A DNA stretch of 61,026 bases, taken from IMG/VR virus record IMGVR_UViG_3300048592_001388, positions 1-61,026 of that record; one strand, given 5' to 3'. The stretch is from a virus (Duplodnaviria; Caudoviricetes). The position numbers and the translations under genes are program-made. Under the pieces are notes generated by a model. The model ran no database searches, was not told the DNA's origin, and was given only the letters and a program-made list of their open reading frames with translations. Positions 27,719-36,587 of this stretch are shown here, piece after piece (within the stretch, counting starts at the first letter, position 1; each line of letters opens with the position of its first letter).

Positions 27719-28978
27719 ATGATCGTCACCGACATGCCGGTGGAGAGCCTGGTTCCCTATGCCCGCAACCCGCGCAACAACACCGCCGCCATCGACGCGG
27801 TGAAGGCGTCGATCGCCGAGTTCGGCTTCCGCCAGCCCATCGTGGTGGACGAGAAGCTGGTGGTGATCGTCGGGCACACCCGGCTCGAGGCCGCGAAGCA
27901 GCTGGGCCTCAAGACTGTCCCGGTGCATGTGGCCGAGGGCCTGACCCCGGCGCAGGCCAAGGCCTATCGCATCATGGACAACCGCTCGCACGAGAATGCC
28001 GAGTGGGATGATGAACTCCTGCGGCTGGAATTCGGAGACCTGAAGCTCGACGACTTCGACCTAGCGCTGACCGGCTTCGTCTCCGACGAGCTCGACAAGC
28101 TCCTGGGCGCAGAGCAGATCGAGGGTCTCACTGACCCGGATGAGGCACCCGAGGTTCCCGCCGAAGCTGTCAGCCGGCCGGGCGACCTCTGGATCCTCGG
28201 CGATCACCGCGTGCTCTGCGGCGACTCGACCGTGATGACCGATGTCGAGAAGCTGATGGGCGGCCAACTGGCTGACATGGCGGTGACGGATCCACCCTAC
28301 AACGTGGATTACGGCAACAGCGCCAAGGACAAGATGCGCGGCAAGGACCGCCGCATCCTGAACGACGCGCTGGGCGATGGCTTCTATCAGTTCCTCTATG
28401 ACACCTGCGTCAACCTGCTCATGGTGATCAAGGGTGCCTGTTACATCTGCATGAGTTCCTCGGAACTCCACACCCTGCAGAAGGCTTTCACCGACGCCGG
28501 TGGCAAGTGGTCGACCTTCATCATCTGGGCGAAGAATACCTTCACACTCGGGCGCGCAGATTATCAGCGGCAGTACGAGCCGATCCTCTACGGCTGGAAG
28601 GACGGCAGTCAGCACTACTGGTGCGGCGCCCGCGACCAGGGTGATGTCTGGTTCGTGGACAGGCCGCGGGTGAACGACCTGCACCCCACCATGAAGCCGG
28701 TGGAGCTCATCGAGCGGGCCATCACCAATTCGTCCAAGAGCCGGGATATCGTCCTCGACCTGTTCGGCGGGTCGGGTACCACCCTCATCGCCGCCGAGCG
28801 CACCGGCCGCTCGGCGCGGCTGATGGAACTCGACCCCAAATACGTCGATGTTATCGTCCAGCGCTGGCAGGATTACTCTGGCAACACCGCGGTGTTGGCC
28901 GGCGAAGATCGGACCTTTGACGACCTCAAGTCGAGCCGCGCGAAACGCGCGGATCAATCCGTTCTATGTGAAGGCTGA
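27719..28978 (+). CDS. ParB-domain-fused amino-DNA methyltransferase (N6/N4, beta class)
   Basis: ParB-like PYARNPR..FGFRQP..GHTRL; catalytic DPPY; HPTMKPV; DLFGGSGTT. Confidence 0.92.
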   Translation: MIVTDMPVESLVPYARNPRNNTAAIDAVKASIAEFGFRQPIVVDEKLVVIVGHTRLEAAKQLGLKTVPVHVAEGLTPAQAKAYRIMDNRSHENAEWDDELLRLEFGDLKLDDFDLALTGFVSDELDKLLGAEQIEGLTDPDEAPEVPAEAVSRPGDLWILGDHRVLCGDSTVMTDVEKLMGGQLADMAVTDPPYNVDYGNSAKDKMRGKDRRILNDALGDGFYQFLYDTCVNLLMVIKGACYICMSSSELHTLQKAFTDAGGKWSTFIIWAKNTFTLGRADYQRQYEPILYGWKDGSQHYWCGARDQGDVWFVDRPRVNDLHPTMKPVELIERAITNSSKSRDIVLDLFGGSGTTLIAAERTGRSARLMELDPKYVDVIVQRWQDYSGNTAVLAGEDRTFDDLKSSRAKRADQSVLCEG

Positions 28979-29149
28979 TCGTAGCTTTGCTTCCAATGCA
29001 GCGATCTCGTCCTTGAGCACGAGCTTTTTGTGTTTCAGTTCGGCGATCTCCTGATCGCTGGATGAGGAATGAAGCAGCGCATCGGCAAGATCTGCCTCGA
29101 GTTGCCTGTGCTGCTCCTTGAGTACTTCGAGTCGAGCTTGGATTGACAT
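28964..29149 (-). CDS. DUF465 / YdcH-like coiled-coil protein (moron)
   Basis: MSIQARLEVLKEQHRQLE..IAELKHKKLVLKDEI; strong RBS GAGGAGG. Confidence 0.8.
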   Translation of the reverse strand: MSIQARLEVLKEQHRQLEADLADALLHSSSSDQEIAELKHKKLVLKDEIAALEAKLRSAFT

Positions 29150-29248
29150 AGTCCCTCCTCTGTCGAGTGCCGAACAAGGCAGAATGCACATCAGAGTGCA
29201 ACCGAATTTGCTCTTCGTCAAATGGACAGCAGATGAGCTGGAGGTCCT

Positions 29249-29464
29249 ATGCAATCACGCTTCATGTCACTCCTTGAGGCGGTCACCAACATCGTGGTGG
29301 GCTACGGCCTCGCCGTGCTGACCCAGATCATTGTGCTTCCGGTCTTCGGGTTTCACGCATCGGTGAGCGAAAATCTTCTGATAGGCGGGGCATTCACGGT
29401 CATCTCTTTGATTCGCAGTTACGCGCTCAGGCGACTGTTCATCGCTGTGGCGAAACTGGATTGA
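29249..29464 (+). CDS. Small phage membrane protein
   Basis: QSRFMSLLEAVTNIVVGY..RSYALRRLF, two hydrophobic segments; usual neighbour of phage methylases. Confidence 0.75.
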   Translation: MQSRFMSLLEAVTNIVVGYGLAVLTQIIVLPVFGFHASVSENLLIGGAFTVISLIRSYALRRLFIAVAKLD

Positions 29465-29555
29465 CCTGACAAGCCCATACCATTTATCGTTTGGATATGG
29501 TCTGTGACTGACCATCGATCGAGGCTGGGAAGCCCACCGGCAGCCTTGACTGACT

Positions 29556-29585
29556 GAGCCACCAGCTCCCCCAAGCTGGTGGCTC
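29556..29585. terminator. Hairpin between convergent genes
   Basis: 12-bp stem GAGCCACCAGCT/AGCTGGTGGCTC with a 6-nt loop; no clear U-tract. Confidence 0.45.
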
Positions 29586-29608
29586 GTCTGTTTCGAGAGC
29601 TGCCTCGA

Positions 29609-30076
29609 TTACGATGTCTTGTAGATCCGTCCTCTGATGTCATCCTTCTCCGAACTGACGACCAGCCCAAGCTTCTTCTTCAAGACGCCTGCCATGGCGC
29701 CCCGCACCGTGTGGGACTGCCAGCCTGTGGCATCGACGATCTCTGCGATGGTTGCACCCTCAGGGCGACGCAGAAGTTCGACCAGCAGGGCCTGTTTGGT
29801 GCCTCCGCGGATCTGGCGGTCCGTGCTCGTGGGAGTGGCTCGCTGTAACTCGGATTTTTCTGCTGACAGGACCAGCTTCTGACCATCCTTGGCGTAGTCG
29901 CCTTCGCCGGCGAGGCCGCGTGGTTCCAGTCTGCCCTTTCGGATCAAACTGGCAATGGCAGCACCGTAGGCGCGAGGGTCGGCTTTGGACTTCGACCGCT
30001 CGCGGGTGGGCACAACGCCATTGTTGCGGGCGGTGGTGGTAAGTATGACCTGTTCGGTGTCGGTGAGTTTCGTCAT
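29609..30076 (-). CDS. DUF3489 family protein
   Basis: TKQALLVELLRRPEGATIAEI..TGWQSHTVRG..LKKKLGL. Confidence 0.9.
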   Translation of the reverse strand: MTKLTDTEQVILTTTARNNGVVPTRERSKSKADPRAYGAAIASLIRKGRLEPRGLAGEGDYAKDGQKLVLSAEKSELQRATPTSTDRQIRGGTKQALLVELLRRPEGATIAEIVDATGWQSHTVRGAMAGVLKKKLGLVVSSEKDDIRGRIYKTS

Positions 30077-30174
30077 GAGTTTGCTCCTTTGCTTCGGACC
30101 GGCGCGTGTCGCCAGTTCCTAGGAGCCCAAGCCCCGCGTCTGAGGCGGGGCGGAGGTGAGGGATGGCCGGGGCC

Positions 30175-30399
30175 TCACTCGGCGTGTTCGCCTTCCTTGA
30201 AGGCGGCGTCGGTAACGCGCTTCAGCTGGGAGGCGTAATAGTCGAGGTTCCCGACGTGTCCCCAATGCAGCGTATCGGGATCGGTTTCGAAATGGCTGGC
30301 GCTGAGCGCAGCGAGTCTTGCCAGCATGGTGTCGATCTCGGCCTTCCTGGCGATGAAGGCAGCGAGGGCCTTGCTGTTGTCCTTGGTGCAGCTTTGCAT
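30175..30399 (-). CDS. Small hypothetical protein (DUF3489 neighbour)
   Basis: ALAAFIARKAEID..HF..P..HWGHVG; RBS CAGGAG. Confidence 0.75.
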   Translation of the reverse strand: MQSCTKDNSKALAAFIARKAEIDTMLARLAALSASHFETDPDTLHWGHVGNLDYYASQLKRVTDAAFKEGEHAE

Positions 30400-30651
30400 G
30401 GCGGTCTCCTGTTGGAGCCATACATGCTTCATGTGCGCCGGAAGACAAGCGGAATGAACGATCATGATATTGCTTTATGAGCAGGCCAAGAGCCTGACAT
30501 GAACGGGGACCCTACCCGCCCCTGGGACGCGCGATGATGCCGATGGAACCTGATTCGAACGACGGCCGGAGACGCCTCTTGTTCCTGATCAGCTGACTGA
30601 TCAGCACCTGCACGGGAGGCGAGCTTCAGTCTGACGTCGTTCTCCGACGGC

Positions 30652-31362
30652 TCAACTCAAATTGTGACTCTTGATCTTCTCCATCCACGCGTCCAGCGGC
30701 ATTTTTGCAACCTTTGCCGCTACGTCATGACTGCCGCCGGCCTCCTGCAGAATTGCCATCAAACACCGCTTCTCGAGTGCAGAAGCCGTCTCCGCAATTA
30801 CTTTGTCGAACGGCGAGCGTTCGATTTGCGCTAGAACACTTTCAACAGGAGAATCGGCCGTTCCTGGTTCATTGAGACCTCGTGCGGGGCTTTCAAGTTT
30901 CCGCAGCTTTTCATTGTACTGGTATTCCATCTCACGCTGAGCCGCCAGGAAGCGGTCGTTCGCTGCCTGCAATGGTCGCAGGTCACGCAGAACCAACATT
31001 TGGGCTTCCCGTCCATCGCTTCTCAGGACCAGATAACGTGCGAGAACCGGGATGAAGGTTCCAGCAGCGCCCACCAGATTGATGTGCCGCCAGGGAACCG
31101 CGGATGACGTCTCACTCGCATCGTTCGACATCAGAACATCGATTTTTCCGAGGGACTCTGGTCCGACGATGGTTCTGACAGGGTGCCCAATCCAGTGCGA
31201 GACGTCAGCGGCGGAAAAACTATCGGAGTGGACGGCATCGATCACAATGGAGTTATGATCGATGAATAGCGTAAGGTCCTGTGTCTTGTCGATCAACAAT
31301 CGCACCCATGCGGATGACAACGCGGGCAGTGTCACAGATTGGAGGGGATGTGCAGAAGCCAT
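30652..31362 (-). CDS. Miniature PpsR/CrtJ-like protein (N-domain, Q-linker, degenerate Fis-like HTH)
   Basis: DLTLFID, WIG..V..ES..K, WRHINL, RDLRPL....RF..AQ..ME and P...VI.ET...LEK.C match PpsR segments, but only 236 aa with no room for PAS1/PAS2. Confidence 0.75.
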   Translation of the reverse strand: MASAHPLQSVTLPALSSAWVRLLIDKTQDLTLFIDHNSIVIDAVHSDSFSAADVSHWIGHPVRTIVGPESLGKIDVLMSNDASETSSAVPWRHINLVGAAGTFIPVLARYLVLRSDGREAQMLVLRDLRPLQAANDRFLAAQREMEYQYNEKLRKLESPARGLNEPGTADSPVESVLAQIERSPFDKVIAETASALEKRCLMAILQEAGGSHDVAAKVAKMPLDAWMEKIKSHNLS

Positions 31363-31365
31363 GAT

Positions 31366-32172
31366 TCAGTTTCTCGAAAGTTCGACGGTCGTTGTGCCGG
31401 AGCAATACCCCAGCGCGTCTTCAACACTGAGCGCGATATAGTCTGCGCCCAGCCACTCATACTGGGTCCTAGGCGACGAAAAAACATTGCCCCCCAAAAT
31501 GATCTTCACGGATGGATTCCGACTCTTCTGGCGCAGCAGCGATATGAACTGTCCGAGATCAAGAAGTCCCTCATCATAACCGACCGAGAGACCAATGAAG
31601 TCGGCGGACCAGTCTGTTGCAGACCGTACTATACCGTCAGGATGATCGTTCGTGAAAGTCTGCGTGTCCCATCCAGCCGCACGAAAGCTGTCGCCGACGA
31701 CTGACAGCCCGAAGACGTGCTGAGTTTCTGGCGCGGCAGCCAGAAGGACCCGACCCCAGGCCGACCCCTTGGGTCTTGTCTGGTTGGGTCTCTTACTTTC
31801 GAGACGGCTCAGGAGCTGTTCTACGTTCCAGAACGCATAGACCGTATCGGTATAACTCCGTTGGCCGGCGCGCCAGTCGTTCTCGAGCTGAGGAATCACG
31901 GGAAGAATCAAGCTGAGCTGATCACGAGTTCCGACTGACGCGCTCTCCAGGGAAGAATTCAGGATCAACTCTGCTTGCTGCAGATCGCCATCGCAAAACG
32001 CCTCAAGAAGCGAAGTGCTTGACGGCCCCTCCTGCGACATGTCGCTGACACTTGCACGACTCGGGAGTGCGCGGAGTTTGAGCGCCTGGAGGGTGTCACC
32101 AAGCCACTTGCGACAATCCTGGATAGCGGCACTCGTCATGGGCGCCTTCGGGAATGGCATTGAAACGGTCAT
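31366..32172 (-). CDS. AerR/PpaA-like cobalamin-binding domain protein
   Basis: Helical cap (LENDW...SYTD), Rossmann B12 domain RVLLAAAPETQHVFGL..F..AGW, IGLSVG, ILGG, LGAD; 3-nt gap to the PpsR-like gene. Confidence 0.82.
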   Translation of the reverse strand: MTVSMPFPKAPMTSAAIQDCRKWLGDTLQALKLRALPSRASVSDMSQEGPSSTSLLEAFCDGDLQQAELILNSSLESASVGTRDQLSLILPVIPQLENDWRAGQRSYTDTVYAFWNVEQLLSRLESKRPNQTRPKGSAWGRVLLAAAPETQHVFGLSVVGDSFRAAGWDTQTFTNDHPDGIVRSATDWSADFIGLSVGYDEGLLDLGQFISLLRQKSRNPSVKIILGGNVFSSPRTQYEWLGADYIALSVEDALGYCSGTTTVELSRN

Positions 32173-32299
32173 AAACCGTTTAGCCAGTTTGTGCGGGCAT
32201 GTCCATCCACTGGGGCTCCGGAAAGCGTCGGTGGTGCGTCGGGGTTGAGCAATACGCGCTCGTCTGGGGGATTACTATTCAAGGGAAGGGGCCTGCAGG

Positions 32300-32797
32300 A
32301 TGGCGGAACATGCAGGCCTGATCCCCATCGGCCAGGCCGCGCGGCTGCTGATGATCTCGGAGGAGCGTATCCGGCAGCTGGTGAAGCAGGGCTTCATCCC
32401 GCGACCTGAGAAGCGCGGTTTCGTGCAACTCGTGGGGGCTGTGCAGGGATACCTGCGTTACCTGAAGGATGATGAGCGCCGCTCCGCCAAGTCGGCCGCC
32501 GACAGCCGGGTGCGCGATGCTCGGGCGCTCGAAATCGAACTCCGCATCGCCGAGCGCTCGCGCGAGCTGATCCCGGTCGAGGATGCACTCAACGACATGG
32601 CGGAGCTCGCGGGCATGGTGAGGTCGGAGCTTGCAGGGCTTCCGGCGCGGCTGACCCGCATCGTGGCCGAGCGCCAGAAGGTTGAAACAGAGATTGATGG
32701 TGTCCTCTCGCGCCTTTCCCAGCGAGCCGCAGAAAAGGCTGAAGGCCTGGAGGCTGGCCGAAGCCATCCTCCTGCCGGCGCCGAAGCTGCCGCCTGA
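32300..32797 (+). CDS. Terminase small subunit (Nu1-like)
   Basis: N-terminal HTH ISEERIRQL, coiled coil, ELIP..LAGLPARL; overlaps terL. Confidence 0.8.
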   Translation: MAEHAGLIPIGQAARLLMISEERIRQLVKQGFIPRPEKRGFVQLVGAVQGYLRYLKDDERRSAKSAADSRVRDARALEIELRIAERSRELIPVEDALNDMAELAGMVRSELAGLPARLTRIVAERQKVETEIDGVLSRLSQRAAEKAEGLEAGRSHPPAGAEAAA

Positions 32798-34736
32798 CGA
32801 GTGGGCGCGTCTTCACAGGGTCTATCCTGAAACGTCAGGCCTTCCCGGTCCGCGTGATCCCGGTCTCACGCCCTACATGGTTCCGATGACGCATGCGGTG
32901 CATGGCGGAGCGTACAAGCGCGTGGTGATGGTGTGCTCTGCGCAAAGTGGCAAAACGGAATCCCTGTTGGATGTCTTGGGCGCACGTCTCGACCAGCGCC
33001 CTGCACCAATACTGTACGTGGGTCCGATCCGGGACTTCCTGACCGACCAGTTCGAGCCGCGCCTCATGAGTCTGCTCGACGAAGCCGAGACGCTCTCGGC
33101 CAAGGTGGTGCGCGGGCGGCGCATGAAGAAGACGCTGAAGATCGTGGCCGGCGTTCCGGTACGGCTTGCGCATGCAGGATCGTCGGCGGCCTTGAAGTCG
33201 AGCCCTGCAGCACTCGCGCTGGTCGACGAGTACGACGAGATGCTGGCGAACGTGAAGGGGCAGGGCGATCCCTTGGGGTTGGTCGAAGCCCGCGGCGAGA
33301 CCTACGCCGACTTCGTTACCGCCATCACCTCGACGCCCTCGCGTGGGTTGATCGAAACCGAATTGGATGAGCGAAGCGGTTTCAGGTTCTGGAAGGTTGC
33401 GGTCCCAGAGGCCGTCGAGAGCGCCATCTGGAAGCTCTGGCAATCTGGTACACGGCATCATTTCTGCTGGCCGTGCCTACACTGCGACAAGTACTTCGTG
33501 CCGCGCTTCGAGCAGATGCGCTGGCCCGAGAATGCCACGCCGGCGGAAGCGTCAAAGGCAGCGCAGTTGCAGTGCCCGCATTGCGGCGGCTTGCACCAGG
33601 ATGCTGACAAGCAGGAGATGAACGCCCGGGGTCTGTACGTGGCGCCGGGGCAATGGGTGGAAAAGGGAGAAGTCCGGGGCCAGCCCCCGGAAAACGCGGT
33701 GATCAGCTTCTGGGCCAGCGGGCTGGCGAGCCCCTTCGTCACCTGGGGCACCCGGATCGAGCGTTATGTCCGCGCTCTTGCTTCGGGCGATCCCGACCAG
33801 GTGCAGACAGCGCTGAATGCCGGGTTCGGCGAGTGCTTTACTCCCGCTGCAGGCCGTGATGCGTTGGACTGGCAGGAGATCCTGCAGCGTCGCGAACCTT
33901 ACCGCATGAAAGAGGTACCCGGCGGCGTTCTGCGGTTGGGGATGGGCGTCGATGTGCAGAAGCTGTCATTATACTACACCATCCGCGGCTTCGGCGCGCG
34001 GGGACGGTCTTGGCTCATCGACCGCGGACAGCTTTACGGCCCCACCGACGACGACGAGGTATGGAACGCGCTTGCCGACCTGATGCTCACGCCCATCGCT
34101 GGACTGCAGATCGAGCGGGTGTTCGTGGACTCCGGCTTCCGCCCGAACAAGCCCGATGCAGGCGACGAACACAAGGTCTACGAGTTTGTCAGGCGCTATC
34201 CGTGGCTGGTTTCACCCACCAAGGGCCGGGCCAGCATGTCGCCGCCCTACCGGGTGTCGAAGATCGAGGTGACGCCGCGAGGCAAGAAGGCGACCTACTC
34301 CATCGATCTGGTCTGGCTTTCGACCGACTTCTTCAAGTCGCTTCTGGTGTCGCGGATCCGCACACCTCTCGATCAGCCGGGGTCTTTCATCGTGCCGGAC
34401 GATATTGACGAGGATTACGCGAAGCAGCTTGTCTCCGAGGTACGCGTTGTCGATGGCGCCACCGGCAAGCCGCAGTGGGTCCAGAAATCACGGGCCAACC
34501 ACTATCTCGACTGCGAGGCGCTTGCCATGGCCATCGGCTACTCGCTGAACGTCCAACGAATTCCGGATGGGGTGACGAGGGAGAGCCGCGGTGCTGAAAC
34601 CGGCCCTGAGACTGGAAGTGACACTGACAATGACGAAGCGACGGTTCGGGACAAGCCGGTAGTGGCTCTTGCTGCGGGAGCGATGCCGGACTTGCGTTCG
34701 CGCTTCGCAGGCCTTTCGTCACGATTGAACAGGTGA
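32682..34736 (+). CDS. Terminase large subunit, lambda GpA family
   Basis: TPY, SAQSGKT, VDEYD, STP, CPHCG, GVDVQ, VDSG, NHYLDC. Start uncertain (ATG at 32697 possible). Confidence 0.93.
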   Translation: MKQRLMVSSRAFPSEPQKRLKAWRLAEAILLPAPKLPPDEWARLHRVYPETSGLPGPRDPGLTPYMVPMTHAVHGGAYKRVVMVCSAQSGKTESLLDVLGARLDQRPAPILYVGPIRDFLTDQFEPRLMSLLDEAETLSAKVVRGRRMKKTLKIVAGVPVRLAHAGSSAALKSSPAALALVDEYDEMLANVKGQGDPLGLVEARGETYADFVTAITSTPSRGLIETELDERSGFRFWKVAVPEAVESAIWKLWQSGTRHHFCWPCLHCDKYFVPRFEQMRWPENATPAEASKAAQLQCPHCGGLHQDADKQEMNARGLYVAPGQWVEKGEVRGQPPENAVISFWASGLASPFVTWGTRIERYVRALASGDPDQVQTALNAGFGECFTPAAGRDALDWQEILQRREPYRMKEVPGGVLRLGMGVDVQKLSLYYTIRGFGARGRSWLIDRGQLYGPTDDDEVWNALADLMLTPIAGLQIERVFVDSGFRPNKPDAGDEHKVYEFVRRYPWLVSPTKGRASMSPPYRVSKIEVTPRGKKATYSIDLVWLSTDFFKSLLVSRIRTPLDQPGSFIVPDDIDEDYAKQLVSEVRVVDGATGKPQWVQKSRANHYLDCEALAMAIGYSLNVQRIPDGVTRESRGAETGPETGSDTDNDEATVRDKPVVALAAGAMPDLRSRFAGLSSRLNR

Positions 34737-34740
34737 GCCC

Positions 34741-36339
34741 ATGGGCATGATGGATCGGATGCGGGACTGGCTTGCGCCGTCCCGCGCGAGATCCGTTGCG
34801 CCTCCCGCAATCCGCGCCGACTTCATGCGCGGGAATCGTGGTGTGGTGTTCGGCGGCTGGCGGCCGGCGCTTCGAGAAGCGGCCGATGACGTCGGCGCTT
34901 CCTGGGACCTTGCTGCGGCGCGCACCATTGACCTGATCCAGAATTCCGGATGGATGGCAGGCGCCTTGGACCAGGCGGTTGCCAACACCATCGGTACGGG
35001 TCTCCGATTGAAGGCCATGCCCGAGAATGACCTCTTCGGCATGAGCAACGCTGAGGCCGAGAGCTGGGCCCAGACCGTCGAGCAGCGCTGGAGCCTTTGG
35101 GCTGACAAGCCCTACGAGTGCGACATCGAGGGACGGCGGTCATTCGGGCTGATGCAGGCCGCTGCTTTTCGCTCCTGGTTCGCCACCGGCGAGATCTGGG
35201 CTGAGCTTCCCTGGCGGGAACGAGCCGGGGGGCGCTACGGCACGAAGGTCAGGCTCATTCCGCCCCACCGGGTTGTCCGGCGCAATGAGGCATCCCGCAA
35301 CATCGTACAGGGTGTCCGTATGGATAATGACGGCATGCCCGTCGGCTATGTCGCCACCCGCAAGGACCTGTCTCTTGGCACCGTGGAATACGATGTCACC
35401 GCGCGCGATGATCTTGGTCGCATCCGCGTTATCCATGTCTTCGACGGCATGCCGGGGCAGGTGCGGGGGATTTCTCCGCTGACACCCGCCCTGCAGGTGG
35501 CGCGCCAGTTCGACCAGCTTTCGGATGCGACCCTCACGGCGGCCATTCTGCAGACGGTCTTCGCGGCCTCCATCACCTCGGATGAGCCGACGGAGGAAGT
35601 TCTCTCGGGCCTGCTCACGCCGCAGGAGCAGGCACGGCTTTCAGCCAGCGGCATCTCGCCGTGGGACGCTTATATCCAGGCCCAGTCGGGCTGGTACGAC
35701 AATGCCACCATCAATCTCGGCATCAATGGCCGGATTGCCCATCTGTTTCCGGGCCAGAAGCTCGAGCTTCACCGCGCCCAGCATCCGCATTCGGACTACC
35801 GGGACTTTGCAGCACACCTGCTTCGCGAACTCGCCCGCTGCATGGGGCTCACCTATGAGAGCGCCACGGCGGACTACACAAACGCCACCTACTCGAGCGT
35901 CCGCATGGCGTCCGGCGAGATCTTCCAGATCACGCTCTACCGCCGGGCACATATTCTTGGACCCTTCTGCACTGCCGTCTATGAAGCCTGGCTCGAGGAG
36001 GAGATCGCCCGCGGGGGCATTCCGTTCCCCGGCGGACTCGATGGCTTCCTTGCCAACCGCTCGGCGGCCTCGCGCGCCATCTGGCGGGGAGCGCCCAAGC
36101 CCCAGGCGGATGACCTCAAGATGGCCAAGGCCCACGAGATCTGGTGCCGACTCGGCGTCATGACGGACGCGGCGATCGCCGAGGATCTCGGCCACGACAT
36201 CGAAGACGTTTATGCGCAGCGCGCCCGCGAGAAGGCGCTCCGCGAAACTTACGGCCTGCCCGACCACCAGTACCAGGGGGTCACCAACCCCTCTGGTGAC
36301 TCCGCTGACGATCCTGCCGAGGACAGCTCACAGCAATGA
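34741..36339 (+). CDS. Portal protein, lambda family
   Basis: GQVRGISPL, GLTYE..DY..ATYSSVR; follows terL. Confidence 0.9.
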   Translation: MGMMDRMRDWLAPSRARSVAPPAIRADFMRGNRGVVFGGWRPALREAADDVGASWDLAAARTIDLIQNSGWMAGALDQAVANTIGTGLRLKAMPENDLFGMSNAEAESWAQTVEQRWSLWADKPYECDIEGRRSFGLMQAAAFRSWFATGEIWAELPWRERAGGRYGTKVRLIPPHRVVRRNEASRNIVQGVRMDNDGMPVGYVATRKDLSLGTVEYDVTARDDLGRIRVIHVFDGMPGQVRGISPLTPALQVARQFDQLSDATLTAAILQTVFAASITSDEPTEEVLSGLLTPQEQARLSASGISPWDAYIQAQSGWYDNATINLGINGRIAHLFPGQKLELHRAQHPHSDYRDFAAHLLRELARCMGLTYESATADYTNATYSSVRMASGEIFQITLYRRAHILGPFCTAVYEAWLEEEIARGGIPFPGGLDGFLANRSAASRAIWRGAPKPQADDLKMAKAHEIWCRLGVMTDAAIAEDLGHDIEDVYAQRAREKALRETYGLPDHQYQGVTNPSGDSADDPAEDSSQQ

Positions 36340-36587
36340 CCATCATCACAGACTATGCCGATCCGTGCGCAGTGCTGCCGCGGATCCGCGAAGCCTATTA
36401 CGCGCTGCTGGAAGGCCGACGCCCGGAAGTCATCGAGTTCGACGCCGGCAATGGGGTCAGGCGCAAGGTGCAGTATGGGCGGACGGATCTTGGAGCGTTG
36501 CGGGCAGAGCTTTCGCGCCTTGAGGCAGTTTGCAGCCGCGTCGGCGGCCTTCGGAAGCGCTTCGGCCTCAGGGCAGGAGGATATTGA
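36336..36587 (+). CDS. Head-tail joining protein, GpW-like
   Basis: 83 aa; AYYALLEG..V.Y...DLGAL..EL..LE pattern. Confidence 0.7.
   Translation: MTIITDYADPCAVLPRIREAYYALLEGRRPEVIEFDAGNGVRRKVQYGRTDLGALRAELSRLEAVCSRVGGLRKRFGLRAGGY

Noticed and set aside
32173-32299. PpsR operator (TGT-N12-ACA) upstream of the AerR-like gene
   Set aside because: The TGT triplets checked by eye have no ACA at the required spacing.
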